Assembly: GCF_006345805.1 (NCBI RefSeq)
Contig: NC_043019.1
Span: forward strand, 28,767,360 to 28,831,359
DNA from: Octopus sinensis
Lineage: Eukaryota
Length of the DNA stretch: 64,000 nt
Reading direction: 5' to 3'
This document shows, one piece after another, positions 26,649 to 39,974 of the stretch. The translations under genes were made by a program, and so were the position numbers. The notes under the pieces are model-generated. The model was given only the letters and a program-made list of their open reading frames with translations, ran no database searches and was not told the origin of the DNA. The stretch's first letter is position 1, and each line of letters opens with the position of its first letter.

Positions 26649-27791
26649 ATGTCTCCCATGATAATTAACAACCAAGTATCAAAATTTATACGTGTACACC
26701 CTTGGATTTTTGTATGGAATCAAGTACCCTGACCTCCTAATGTGCTGCAAACTTATTTTTGTTCGGAGAAAAAGGGTGAGGGGAATTGAACCCCCGCCTC
26801 CCGGAATCATTGGAATAAAAAATTTTTTTTTTTCATTTGAATGAATTACAGTGACCTCCTAATATGTCACAAAACACTTTTTGGTCTGGAAAACGGAGGG
26901 TGCAGGTGGTGCACTTGCAACCCTTAAAATTTTTCTGAGGTGCAAAATCAAAATTCATACCCCGCTACATACTTTGTCAGGTTTAGAAAATATTTTCTAA
27001 AAATTGATTTGTAAAAAGTTGCTTGAAGTTAGGTTTCTTCTCAAAACAAGAGCAAAGGACAAAAATAAATATAAAAAAAAGAGCCCAGAATGTTTACTGA
27101 TGAAGCTGGTCATAAAATTCCCAAGGGAATTCTCTAGAAAGATATACTATTGAACTAACAGTATGACTAGCAGTACAGCCATTCCTCAAAACTAGCTTAT
27201 TTGATGACCTATTAAATTCCACAATGAAAAGCCCTTCACTATCCAGCTATCCACATTCTTCATTTTCTCTGAATACTACAACTGACTCATCATCATCATC
27301 ATTGCCATAATATTCTACTGATACAACCATGACCACTACTATTGTCACACCTTTCTCCCCCCCTGTTCATCTTTGATTTGAATGTATACCTCACAGCTCC
27401 GTGTTGAATCTGCCGACTGTAAATAAAATAAAATCTATAAAGGCATGATACTCCAAAATATGCCAGTTTTCTCAATGCAAGGGACTATACACATGCAGTT
27501 ACTGTAATTTCCTGGGACAAAACATGTAATTTGTTCAAGCAACACCAGCCAATACCAAAACACACATCTTACACCACTGCCACCCTCCTCCATCACTTCT
27601 ATGTGATTTTTCAAATTGCTACCTCCTGTGCAATTTTTTTATCAGTTTGTTTGTTTCACTGTGTGTGTGTGTGTGTTCTCTTTCATTCTCTTTTACATTT
27701 CAGCCATTTGACGGCAGCCATGCTGGAACACTGCCTTTAGTCGAACAAATCAACCCCAGGACTTATTCTCTGTAAGCCTAGTGCTAGGCTA

Positions 27792-28845
27792 AAGCCTTCA
27801 ACACTGTGCCACACAAACGACTCATGGTAAAACTATCTGTAACAGGTGTGAAAGATGATCACTATAACTGGCTGAAGTCCTTCATTCTCGGTCAGAAAGA
27901 AGTAGTTACAGTTCTAGGATATCATTCTTCACTCTACGAGATGATTTCTGGTGTACCATAGGGATCCATTCTTGGACCCCTGCTGTTTGTTGCATATATT
28001 AATGATATAGATGCCAATTTGAGGAATGTTACAGTGCTGAAATATGCAGGTGACACCAAGCAGTACCTTGAAATAAAAAGAACCAATCCTATGCACTATA
28101 GATCTTTCCTGTAAGCAGACCTGGATACAATGCAGCAATGGACCTCTGACTGGCAATTCTAACTGTGGACAAGTGCATCACCATGCGTTTTGGGAGGAAA
28201 AATCCAGCCTTTACATCTCTCTCAGCAACACCAATCTCAAGAAGTCTTCTAATGGACATGATCTGGGCATTATTGTAAACAAGGATCTGCGTTGGACAAA
28301 CCACATCTCTAAGATTGTCAAGAAAGCTGATGGGTGCTAGCATCACTCAGTAAGACCTTTGTCAGCTGATCTCCAGCTATCTATTTTAAATTGTATATGA
28401 CAATGGTACATCCACACTTGGAATTTGCATCACCAATCTGGAACCCCTATCTTGCTCAGAATATAAATCTCCTGGAAACTGTTCAGAAACATGCAACAAA
28501 ATGAATACCTGCTGTCAGACATCTACCATACTCTGAACGTCTTACCTCCCTGGGCATGGATAAATTGAAGCTCAGATGTCTGGCAACTGACTTGGTTGAC
28601 ACCCACAAGATTATACACCATCTTTCCAACAACAACCTTGCGCACCTTTTTGAATTCCATATGACAAACACTCGTGGACATGTTTATAAAATCAAAAAAA
28701 CAACACAGCACCCACGACTTCCAGAAACATTTTTCCATGCTCAGAATTACTGAAGCATGGAATAAACTACCTGCATCAGTTGTTAGCTGTTGAGACAATA
28801 CATCCTTCAAAACTTCCATGCTTCTCGAAATCCGCCAACAGTACA
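27792..28845 (+). mobile_element. CR1-clade LINE RT 3' relic
   Basis: GVP*GSILGPLLFVAYINDI (~27950), KYAGDTK, PHLEFASPIWNPYL and TRGHVYKI, with stops and frameshifts. Confidence 0.88.
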
Positions 28846-29053
28846 CCTATTTCTTTACTACCCACAAGGGGATAAACAAGGACAGACAAACGGATTAAGT
28901 CGATTACATCGACCCCAGTGCGTAACTGGTACTTAATTTATCGACCCTGAAAGGATGAAAGGCAAAGTCGACCTCGGCAGAATTTGAACTCAGAACGTAA
29001 TGGCAGATGAAATACTGCTAAGCATTTCGCCCAGCATGCTAATGTTTCTGCCA
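28846..29053 (-). mobile_element. SINE family B
   Basis: Reverse copy. Confidence 0.88.
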
Positions 29054-29157
29054 ACAGTATACTTGATGGCCTTTTTTGTTGTAGTGCACTTGAGCACTGT
29101 ATACATAATTTCCTTCATCATTTTATATATATATATACACATATATATGTATGTGTG

Positions 29158-29935
29158 TTGACTTTCTGTGCAACATTTTATGGTTGTTAGTCAATGTAAT
29201 GTCACACACTCACTTCTGTTCCTACTCAGTGGTACCCCACACAGTGTTCAATATTTGGTGCAAGACTTTCTCTCTTTTCTATCTAGTTATCTATTCTTCT
29301 CCTCTCCCCTCTAGTATGCAAAACCTTCTCCATCTAATTCTATCTGCTGCCTTTCTCTCTTTACTGTCTTCCATTTCTTCCTCTAGCCATCTTTGTCAAC
29401 TACCTACTGTCTATCTTTATTCCCTTTTTTTCTCTGCACTCCCTCTTTCTTTGTATGTGCTCTTCCACAACCTTCTCTTTTGCTGTTTGTTCCTTCTTGA
29501 GCCATGCCTGGCTCATAAGGGCCGGTTTCCTGGTTTCTTGGCGTATAGTTTCCCCACCTGGACGGGACGCCGGTCCATCGCAGGTGAGCTGCAAGATGCA
29601 GGAGGAAAGAGTGAGAGAAAGTTGTGGCGAAAGAGTCAGCAGAAGTTTCGCCATTACCTTCTGCGGGAGCTGTGTGGAGCTTAGGTGTTTCACTCATAAA
29701 CACACACATCGTCCGGTCTGAGATTCGAATGCACGATCCCTCGACCGCAAGTCCGCTGCTCTAACCACTAGGCCACATGCCTCCACACAACCTTCTCTAC
29801 TCCACTCTGTCTCTTTTTCTTCACTTTTTGGCATCAAAAGACCATCCAATTTTTTATCACTCATCTTTTTTTCTGCTTGACCAGTGCATAAGTAAGACAT
29901 GTATTTTGTTTCATCTCCTGCCTAGCAATCACTTC
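29158..29935. repeat. Pyrimidine-rich repeat, copy 2, interrupted by SINE C (-, 29490-29787)
   Basis: Homologous to 25690-26172; ccacaaccttctct / cacaaccttctct flank the SINE like a TSD. Confidence 0.8.
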
Positions 29936-30199
29936 AGACCCCAACTTTACCTTTTCACTTTCCTCCTATCTTTCTTCCCTTCTGTCCTCCCGAGCCTTCT
30001 CATTGTACCTTTGAAACACAAGTGCTGTTATTTTCTTCCTTTTTTGTTAGTTTCCCACATTTTGAAAAACTTGGAATTTATATTTTTACTACTTATGTTT
30101 TCTCTGCTTGATATATTTCCAAAATTAAACATTTTAATATGCAAGATATACGTCACATTTTTACATATACTATACGTTAATGCAAAAAAATCTTGTGTT

Positions 30200-30682
30200 C
30201 ATTGACTATCTTCAAAATGATCACACCATCAATGGAAAGTTCAATGCCAACTTGCTAAGGCAGTTATGAAAGGCTATCAAGACCAAACACCCAGAAAAAC
30301 TGATGAATGGGGTCTTGTTTCATTAGGACAATGCTTCAGCACACAAGTCCTTGGTTTCAATGGCTGCTGTGTGTGACTGGCTTTGAACTGGTTGATCATC
30401 CTCCCTATGTTAGTGACTTGGTTCCAACTGGTTATCATCTGTTTCCCAACAGAGAAAAACACTCCGCTGGGCACCAGTATAACTGTGATGATGACGTCTT
30501 ATGTGCTGTTGATGACCATTTTGACCAACAGAATAGCTTCTTCACCAGTGCGATCCAAGCATTGCAACTACTTATAAAAGTGTGTGGACAGTAAGAGGAA
30601 CTATGTAAGAAAATTAACTTCTTTTGGTCACATTCCATGAGAATGTCTTGCTCAGCCTATGAACATTTTAGCTGACTCTCAT
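30200..30682 (+). mobile_element. mariner (DD34D-type) transposase C-terminal relic with right TIR
   Basis: GVLFH*DNASAHKS and LVDHPPYVSDLVPTGYHLFPN (HPPYSPDLAPSDYHLF-like). Confidence 0.85.
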
Positions 30683-31999
30683 AATAATAAAAATTATTTT
30701 TATTATACTTGCATTTGTTTTAATGTTAACATTGAAAAAAATCAACATTTTTCATAAAAAAAACTTGGACTTGGGTTTGCACCTCCTAAGCAAATTTTGT
30801 TGCTGGGTCACCGAGTAAGAGAGGGAGAGAGAGAGTGTGTGTGTATGTGTGTGTGTGAGAGTAAGCATGTGATTGTGTCTATTTGTCCTGACATTGTGTA
30901 ATAGTTGTACATGATTGTCAGTCATACAGGCAATGTCATTCACTTCCATTATTCGGCAAGAACATGTTCTTTGGTCATGGGGGAAATATTACTTTACTTG
31001 GAAACAGTTGAGGGCTGATGAGAGAAAGGGTATCTGGCTGTAGAAAATCCGTCTCAACAAATTCCGTCCGGAAAAGTGGACGATAAATGATGATGTTTAC
31101 CTGTGCATCGCAAAATCATAAAAGAGAACTGTGGTACGGTGTGATTTGAAGGAGATTTGACTGCTATTTCGAGTAGGTCGAGCGATTGCATAAAAGACCC
31201 CTAGTTAGCTTGTCCTCTTTTCCTTTTTTTGATGCGGTGGAATGAACATTTTGATCAGGAACAAAACTTAAAGAAGGTATTGAAATTCACAATAGAAGGA
31301 GATAAAGAAAGACTCATCGTTTTATAGAGCGCCCTCTCAACTAAATGGAATAAACTATATCTATTCATTGTCTATAGCTACAGGACTTCCATTGCTGTAG
31401 TTTAGCCCCAAGTCAGCCTTGATCGAGCAGACTTATGATCCGTGATCATCCCGTCTATGTTATTTTGGCAGTAGAACAATTATCCAACGTGTCCTTATTT
31501 TATAGGTCGATAAGGTGAATTTTGAAGGAGATTTGGCTGCTATTTCTAGCAGGCTGCATAACACTACAGAGGCCGCCTCGTTGCCCCTTCGGATACGAAT
31601 ATCGGAACTTTCGCTAATTACGTTACTTCTGGTTCCCTATTACCTGGGCCAGGTGTTACTCCCACTTTTGCTTTTAGCTCTCGTTGTTTGCCCCAGGGCT
31701 CAGCATTACGTAAACTAATGGAAATTGCAGAGTTTTCGTTAAAATAGAGAAAAAAAAAAAACTTACTCTTTCATGCCAACGTATTACATAGGAGTATAAG
31801 AGTCTTAGTATTGTTTAAGTTTTCCAGAAGCAGGGAGTATACGTTTCTCTTCGAAGAGAAACATCCGAATGATAACGAATATCTATTTTCTTTTTACACA
31901 AACAAAATTTAATGTTTTGGTTTTATATTTTTTGTTTGTTTTACGATAACAAAAGGACGAGCTGTACGTGTATACAGGACATTTAGTTAAATATTATGC

Positions 32000-32034
<35 letters not shown>

Positions 32035-32534
32035 CTTCGAACAAACAATATCTTTTATTATTAATTTCAGCAAGAATATATTTCTTACCAAATGTTACGT
32101 TCCTTACTTTTGGTTTTAAGGTTTTTAGGTAAAACCCCGAAGAATACCGTACAAATTCCACACCATTTCTGTAGATGTATATCGTCATTGAGAGACATAT
32201 GTTCGTTTATAATCGTTACATGTCCTTCAGAGAGCACCATACATTCGAAGTCATTTGTGTGTACTGTTTGTTTCCTTAGTATAAATAGCAAAGGTTGTAA
32301 ATAAGATTAAAAGAAAGAACATAAAAAACAAACAGCAAAACGTTTCCACTTATTTATTTCTTGTTAATATGATCCTTGATAACTTTGCTTTTGTAATATT
32401 GCCAAACATTATTCTGGTCTCAGAAGAAATATAACACATTGCAGTCTGTAAACAAGATCAGATCTTAGTCCAATAACAAGTAAATTACATTGTTTTTATT
32501 CAATGCCACGGGAACGAAAACAGGGTGGGGAGGG

Positions 32535-32603
<69 letters not shown>

Positions 32604-33199
32604 TACTCACTTATACATATGTCTGTATTAATGTTTGTTTTTTAAGTTGAATTATAATAAAAACAATTTTACATTGAACCGAAGGATTATTCAGTACTTT
32701 TTGTTGAATATATATTATTCTTCAATAAGAATAGTGTTGATAGTGACTTCGAAGTTTCGGCCAGTTTAGTTTTCGTGTGTGTGTGTAGACGTTCGATATA
32801 TTGCCCATATTTATTTTAAAAAGATAATACTAATTGATTGTAATTATACGGTAAACAAGAACTTGAGGTTTAAGTTCGTTTAACACCACGTCAGTGTTGT
32901 GAGATTTCGGGTGAGGAAAACAATACGAATTCTGTAACTTTTGATCTACTGACTTCTTGTATTCTTTGTACTCAGTTCTAGTGGAGTTGGGTTAAAACAA
33001 TAATATTCTCAGAACAACAAAGATAAATTTAGAAAAAAAAAATCGAAGAACAGCGATAAGCTAAATAAAAATTTAAACACTCATGTCTACGCCCTTTCAA
33101 TTAAGGTTGGGTTAGGTTAACAGGTAGGAAAGTAAGCATTTTTTGGTTAGGTAAAACAACAACAATAAGAAAAACGACCCTTCCTAGAAAAGAGGGGAT

Positions 33200-33640
33200 C
33201 CGTTGTGTAAGACGAGTGATAGAAAGGGTGAACTGTGTGAGAGGAATACCGTGAGATGTAAGAGATGAAGATGTAATAGAGAGATGGTCTGAGATGTGAG
33301 AGAGAGAGAGAGTATAAAGTGAACCAGAGGAGTGGTGAGAGAGGAGAAGAGATGATGTAATACGAACGAGAGAGAGAGGAGAGAAAAGGAAAGGGTAAGA
33401 AGAATAGAGAGGTGGTGTGAATTGTATGAAAGATTATAGGAAGTGAACGAGAAGTGTGGTGAGAGGGAAGAGATGACGTAAAATGATTGAGAGAGTAAGG
33501 TTAGAGAAGGAGAGAGAGAGAGAGAGAGAGAGACAGAAAGACGGCGTGTGGTGTATGAGAAATATCTTCCTTTCCTTGAATACAGAGTAATGGTGAAAGG
33601 ATTGGTGGGGGCCGCTCCTTGGATCCTCCACAGAGAAAGA
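33200..33640 (+). repeat. Purine-rich (GA)n low-complexity tract upstream of the promoter
   Basis: Strong A/G strand bias, with an internal repeat of gtggtgagag..gaagagatga.gtaa. Confidence 0.8.
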
Positions 33641-34164
33641 GGTAGTTAAATAGATAACAGATAAGTCAGCACCAGTAGGTGACTCATACTTTATTTATCG
33701 ACCTCTAACCGATGAAAGGCAAAGTTGGTTTCGGTAGGATTCGAAATCAGAGAGCAGAGAGTTTGAACAAGGCATTATGACACTTTTACGACTGCCAATT
33801 CGCAGTCTTTAGAGAAAGACAGAGATTAAAGATTGTAGTCAGTACGCGAGAGAGCTCATGCGAGAGGGAGAGACCAAAATTTAGGACTGTTGTATGCTGT
33901 AGTAGTTAAATATAATTCTTCCTTTATTTATTAATAACAATAACCAGTGCTTTTTCTCTGTCTCTCTTTTCTTTCTCGTTCTTCTCTTGTATGTATAGAC
34001 GGAGAAAGAAAGAAAAAGATAGAGAGAGAGAGCACTGGTTATTATCATTATTGCACGTATAGACAGAGAAAGAGAGAGAGAGGTAGAAAAAAAAGAGAAA
34101 AGGAGAGAGGGTGAATAACGAGAGAGAGAAAGATACAGGACTTACCCCGATCGCCTCGTTTTCG

Positions 34165-34235
34165 TTTCTGCCAATAATAGCCGTCAATGAACGTCACATG
34201 ACCTATATAAGTGAAACACTTCCAGCCGTGCCATC
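34165..34235 (+). promoter_or_regulatory. Probable core promoter of the ZFAND5/6-like gene
   Basis: CCAAT at 34171, CRE half-sites (CGTCA 34182, ACGTCA 34191), E-box GTCACATGAC at 34193-34202 and TATATAAG at 34204-34211, in a CpG-retaining, TE-poor region. The link to ZFAND is inferred from orientation and from the exon at 57504 starting with only 11 nt of 5'UTR. Confidence 0.6.
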
Positions 34236-34307
34236 ATCATCCAAAGTGAACTAGTTTATCCTTGAAACTAAATATCTGAGTCCAAGGGGGAGTTTTTTTT
34301 GGAACAG
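34235..34307 (+). other. Putative non-coding exon 1 (5'UTR) of the ZFAND5/6-like gene
   Basis: Starts about 25-30 nt after the TATA box and ends at donor CAG|GTAACA (34307/34308). The TSS is estimated. Confidence 0.5.
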
Positions 34308-35513
34308 GTAACAACCACGAAAACAAACAGACAATACACAAACAAAACATATCGTCTCGTTATTTTCTACTGACGAGGAAAAATATTTTTTGGTCCTGTG
34401 TTTGTTTGTTTGCTTTCCTCTTCTCCTTTTTTATTCTTCGTCTCTGTATATACATATATATATATCTACCTACCTTGTATATTTCTTTTTTTTTTTTTTA
34501 AACATCACAAATTGAAGGCAAGGTCTTTTCTTTTTTGCTTCTTTTTTCTTTATTAATTTCCTAATTCTGCCGTGTTTGTACGTTGTGTATGGCGTATGTG
34601 TTTTATAGGGGTTTTTTTTTTTTTTTTTAATCATTGGACGTAAGAAATGGGTTTGTATAATCGAATGAACGAACGGTGAGAGAGATAATGTTTCAAAATG
34701 TAAATGAATAATTAACAAATTTACTTTCGGAAGAAGGGCGACGACCGGACTAACTACGGTCGCCATTTTGACATCGAGTACTGCAAACAAACATTAATAT
34801 CCATACACTCACACACATATATATGCGTATATACCCACATATACGTACGTATTTACATACATATGTATATACAGTATACGTGTGTGTGTATGTAATATAT
34901 ATATACATATATGTATATATACATATATCTAATATATATACATATATCTATGTGTATATGTACAATGTATTTTTGTGTGTGCAAATCTGTTATGTGTGTT
35001 ATATATATATATATATATGATATATACACTCGTTTATCTCTCACAAAATTCCAACTGTATGTTATATATATATATATATGTATAGATGTGTGTATATATA
35101 CATGTGTATAGATATATATGTATAGATGTGTATATTTTATATATATGTATATATATCTTGCTCACTTAATCTATAAAAGCTAACTCCATTATAAATATAT
35201 ATATATATAAATAAATATATATATATATATAATATGTATATATACACACAGAGGAATTCATGTGTGTATATGTACACTTGTATATTTCCTACAAAAGCCA
35301 AATCCAACTGTGTCTTATATATATTTTGATGTATATATGACTCTAAGTGTGTGAGGAAAAAACACATGTTTAATCATAAATATGTATCATTCCGTTTTTG
35401 CTCGCAGTGTTATTTATTATTATTTTTTAAAATCCAGTTGTTCAAACCACTTATTTATATATATATATTATATATATATTTTATTTAATGGTATCTGCAG
35501 AAGAGTGAATGAA

Positions 35514-35561
<48 letters not shown>

Positions 35562-35923
35562 ATGTATATCCTTGTTTAGGTCCATTAAATAAAAGGTAAG
35601 TTAGTTGGTTATGTGTGAAGGGGGTGAAATGTGTGTACTTTATTTATTCAGTTTATTTCGCATGCGATATTTCGTCCTTTATATATAGTGAGAAAGAAAC
35701 ATGTTAATGTGTATGTATACATATGTGTGTGTGTGTGTGTATATATACACGTTTGGTGTGTGTGTCTAGATAAATATGTATCTTATGGATTTTGTGGTGT
35801 GTATATATATATTGTGTAGACATTTTCTTTCTATGAAATATAGTTCAGGAGAAACAGGAAATATTACATCACGTTAACGTTCATATACACCAGCCACATA
35901 TATATATATATACACATACACAT

Positions 35924-35957
<34 letters not shown>

Positions 35958-36434
35958 CCTCTGTGTTCAGAGTTTTCTTCAGTGATGTGTGTTAAATGTA
36001 ATCCGTATTTCTTCCACCTCTTCTGATAGGGACGTTTTATCTTTTCTCTCTCTCTCTCACTCATACATAACACAGATTTACAGTTTTTTCCCTGGCCATA
36101 TTTATTGCTATTTTATTCAGTAATAATATTTCCCTTACGGTTTCGTCCTGTGTTTGTGTTGTGTTACAAAAAAAAAAAAAAAAAAGAGAGAGATAAAAGC
36201 TATTATAGAGAGCTGTAGAAGAATTATAATATGCTAGGATTGTTATTTGCCTGTTTTCAAACATAAATATATAGCATTGCTAATAATTATGGACACCTTT
36301 TTTTAGCTGAACAGATATATATACAAGCTGGTTGTTTCGTTGCTAATAAATAACTAGTCGTTCCCCCTACATAAGGAAATATTTCCTCCTGCTAGCTAGC
36401 CTTGCAAAAACCCTCCCCATTCTTCTCTACAGTT

Positions 36435-36470
<36 letters not shown>

Positions 36471-36864
36471 AATTATATATAAAATAAACTGTTTCTCACA
36501 AGGAAAAATATATAAAATTCAATCTGGATTTATTTTACTTTTTGATAGAATTACACATACAGAAATATATATATACACATATATATATATATATATCTAT
36601 AATCGCTTAGTTGTTTTGTGAACTTTCTACTTGTCGACGGTCCATATTTTTCTTTCTTGTTTACGTAATAATAGTTTCCAGTGAAAAAGCAGCAGGACTG
36701 TGATCTCATACAGATTATTATTATTATTATTAATAGTAGTAGTGGTATTATTGTTATTTTATTACGAAATAAGCTCGAAGTTATACTTATATCTCCATCA
36801 ACCTCGTTTTACTTATATAACACTATTTTTTTTTTTTTTTTTTTTGGTTAAAAGTCTCCGATCG

Positions 36865-36904
<40 letters not shown>

Positions 36905-37349
36905 TATATATATAATAAATCAGCTGTTGCGATTTTTCATTCTTTTAAAAATTTTGCTCTAGTTTTCAAAGATGAAAAAATTAGCAATTGGTTCGTTATA
37001 TTTCGGAGTGGTGTAACTTTTTTAGATTTTCTGGTTGGTTTATTATTTAGGAGGAAAAAAAAAAAAAAATCTCACTTGCAAAACAAATCAAAACAAATAC
37101 AAAAAAAAGCCAAATGAATTTTCGTTAGATATTTTGTTAATTCAACCATCTGTACTGGTAAGCAAACTTATAATTTGTTCGTCCCCCCCCTCTTACTGCT
37201 ACGTGTACACTTTATGAATTAGAAAACCTACCTTAATTCACTCAGGTTTCTTTTTTTTTTTTTTTATTTGTACTTTTATTGATGTGAACTCTTTAATATT
37301 TCCTTTGTTGCTTTTCATTTTATTGTGCTTATGGTAAAAATCAGTATTT

Positions 37350-37379
37350 TGAATATTTGTGTGTGTATGTATGTGTATG

Positions 37380-37413
<34 letters not shown>

Positions 37414-37678
37414 TATACATATATATATATACACACACATATATACATATATATACACACACATATATACATATATATATACACGCACACACATATATAC
37501 ATATACACACACACACATATATATATACATATATACACACACATATATACATATATATATACACACACATATATATACATATATATACACACACACATAT
37601 ATATACATATATATACACACACATATATATACATATATATATACACACACATATATATACATATATACACACATAAAC

Positions 37679-37713
<35 letters not shown>

Positions 37714-37750
37714 TATATAACATATATATATACACACACACACACACACG
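37350..37750. repeat. ~400-bp compound (TA)/(CA) microsatellite
   Basis: Directly visible; source of six spurious ORFs. Confidence 0.95.
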
Positions 37751-38120
37751 CGATTAACTATATTATTTATTAATCGGCAAAAAGTTGCGTAGGCTCAAAA
37801 GCCAAGTGTTCTGCATTAAGTGCCAATGCACGAAACTTTCGGCCGTGGGTCACTTTGTAACCTTACCGTTTCATGATGTTATATGTATGTAGAATATATA
37901 TTGCCATATACTTCATTCAGTTGTAAATATCTTGCTCTTTTTTTTTCTTTTAATCGAAATTATAGAATAAATATTTCAATATATCCATCCACGTAAAGAG
38001 TTTAAAATAACAAGCATGTATTTCCACTGTATGAAGAATTTCGAAGAAGCAGTTGAACATGGAGTTTGAACTGGGAGTTCAATGATATTCAATTGTAAAT
38101 GACTAGAGAATCTACTCTCT

Positions 38121-38218
<98 letters not shown>

Positions 38219-39299
38219 TACATAATACACACGTGCTCGTGTTTATGTGTATAGATGTTAAAAGCATAGATTCATGTGTCGTGCTTGAGTGTGTGTGTGT
38301 ATATATATATATATTATACACACACACACACATTTTCATGTTTCATACTGGCATAGGCTGGACCATGTATGTATTTAAATGTTTTTGTATGCGTATGTAT
38401 AATTACACAGAAAGAGGTGGGTAATATCTACCGAAGTGCTACTCCCACCTCCTGACTGTTTCCATGTAACTTTCATTTAAATGTAATTAATTAACTGAAA
38501 TTTCGATACACATTTTAGACTGTGTAACCATTATGTGGGCAGGGAGAATATTTTTTATTTGAAGGACCATTCCCTCCCTTACACTGAGCTTAGTTAAATG
38601 CATATTTTTAATGAAATTGTCTAGATGAGTTTTTTCGAAAGTGTAGATTATAAATATCTTAGCAAAATATGGAAAATAAAAATTTTGGAACGAAGTCAAA
38701 AGAGACACACTTCTGTACGTTGATGGAATAGGGGTGGGGCGTTTTAAAGTTATGAATCAGTCGGCGAGGGTGGAGGCACACTTTTTGAAGTTATGCTTGT
38801 GGATGTAACGAGTGCCTGGTTATGTATATACATGTTTATAAATATGTAATTATACATGACTATGCATGCATGTGTGTATCTTTTATGAGATTTGTGTATA
38901 TGTGTATGTCTATATAGTATTTATGAATCCATGTGTGTGTATATATATATATAGGTGTATATATACATGTGCATATTTGTATGTATGTGTGTATATATAA
39001 TACACATGTACACATGTGCAACTACATAACTATGCCTATGTATATATGAATGTGTGTACATAATTTTATATTATATACTGTCTGTTTATAACACACACAC
39101 ACACACAAAAGATATTTCCCCATCACCAGACATGCTTTTGCTGAAGATAAGACATGGACACTGCCTGCATGATGGTGGCATTCATCTACAACTATCAAGC
39201 CTTGTGAAGCCAAACACACCCTCATAGGCATGTATACTCATACATGTTTGTGTTTATATATATGTATATACACATACATACACGTGTTTATATATATAT

Positions 39300-39611
39300 T
39301 GTGTCGGTGGCACATAAAAAACACCATCCGAGCGTGGCCGTCTGCCAGCCTCGTCTGGCACCTGTGTCGGTGGCACATAAAAAACACCATCCGAGCGTGG
39401 CCGTCTGCCAGCCTCGTCTGGCACCTGTGTCGGTGGCACATAAAATCACCCACTACACTCTCGGAGTGGTTGGCGTTAGGAAGGGCATCCAGCTGTAGAA
39501 ACACTGCCAGATCTGACTGGCCTGGTGTAGCCTTCGGGCTTCCCAGACCCCAGTTGAACCGTCCAACCCATGCTAGCATGGAAAGCGGACGTTAAACGAT
39601 GATGATGATGA
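39300..39611 (+). mobile_element. Young family D element with a perfect 63-bp tandem repeat and (GAT)n tail
   Basis: Unit starts at 39300, 39363 and 39426; then ggcgttaggaagggcatccagctgtagaaac...gttaaacgatgatgatg. Confidence 0.88.
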
Positions 39612-39974
39612 CATACATACACGACAGGCTTCGTTCATTTCCTAACAAGCCCAATTACAATGCTTTAGATGCCATGCAAAGAGACAGAATCTGAAACTGT
39701 GATTTGGAATTGAACATTTTAATCACAGAGCCTTGTCCTTGCTGTGTGTATATGTATATATTAATATATATCATCAACATTTAACTTCCATGTTTCATAC
39801 TAGCATGGGTTGGGCCTATGGGTTCAAAGGCTGCATCATGCTCCACTATTTGCTTTGTATGGCTTATTGCCCTTCCTTAATATTAACCACTTTACAGCAT
39901 GTATTGAGTGTTTTCATGCCACCAGCAGTAGTTAGGTCACCATGCAGCTTGCAATACCGTGTGACGGGCAAGAT

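Noticed and set aside
31843-31862. Perfect 20-bp palindrome GTTTCTCTTCGAAGAGAAAC
   Set aside because: Real but short and isolated; no function can be supported.
32085-32445. Possible minus-strand coding exon with acceptor and donor
   Set aside because: No frame is open across the interval and there is no recognisable domain; at most non-coding.
37238-37773. Long ORFs (105-169 aa) in several frames
   Set aside because: Translations of a TA/CA microsatellite. The same applies to ORFs at 5908-6303, 19411-19809 and 34823-35111.
39230-39595. ORF with 21-aa repeats; CRISPR-like appearance
   Set aside because: Perfect 63-bp tandem repeat with no unique spacers, inside a retro-element; eukaryotic context and no cas genes.
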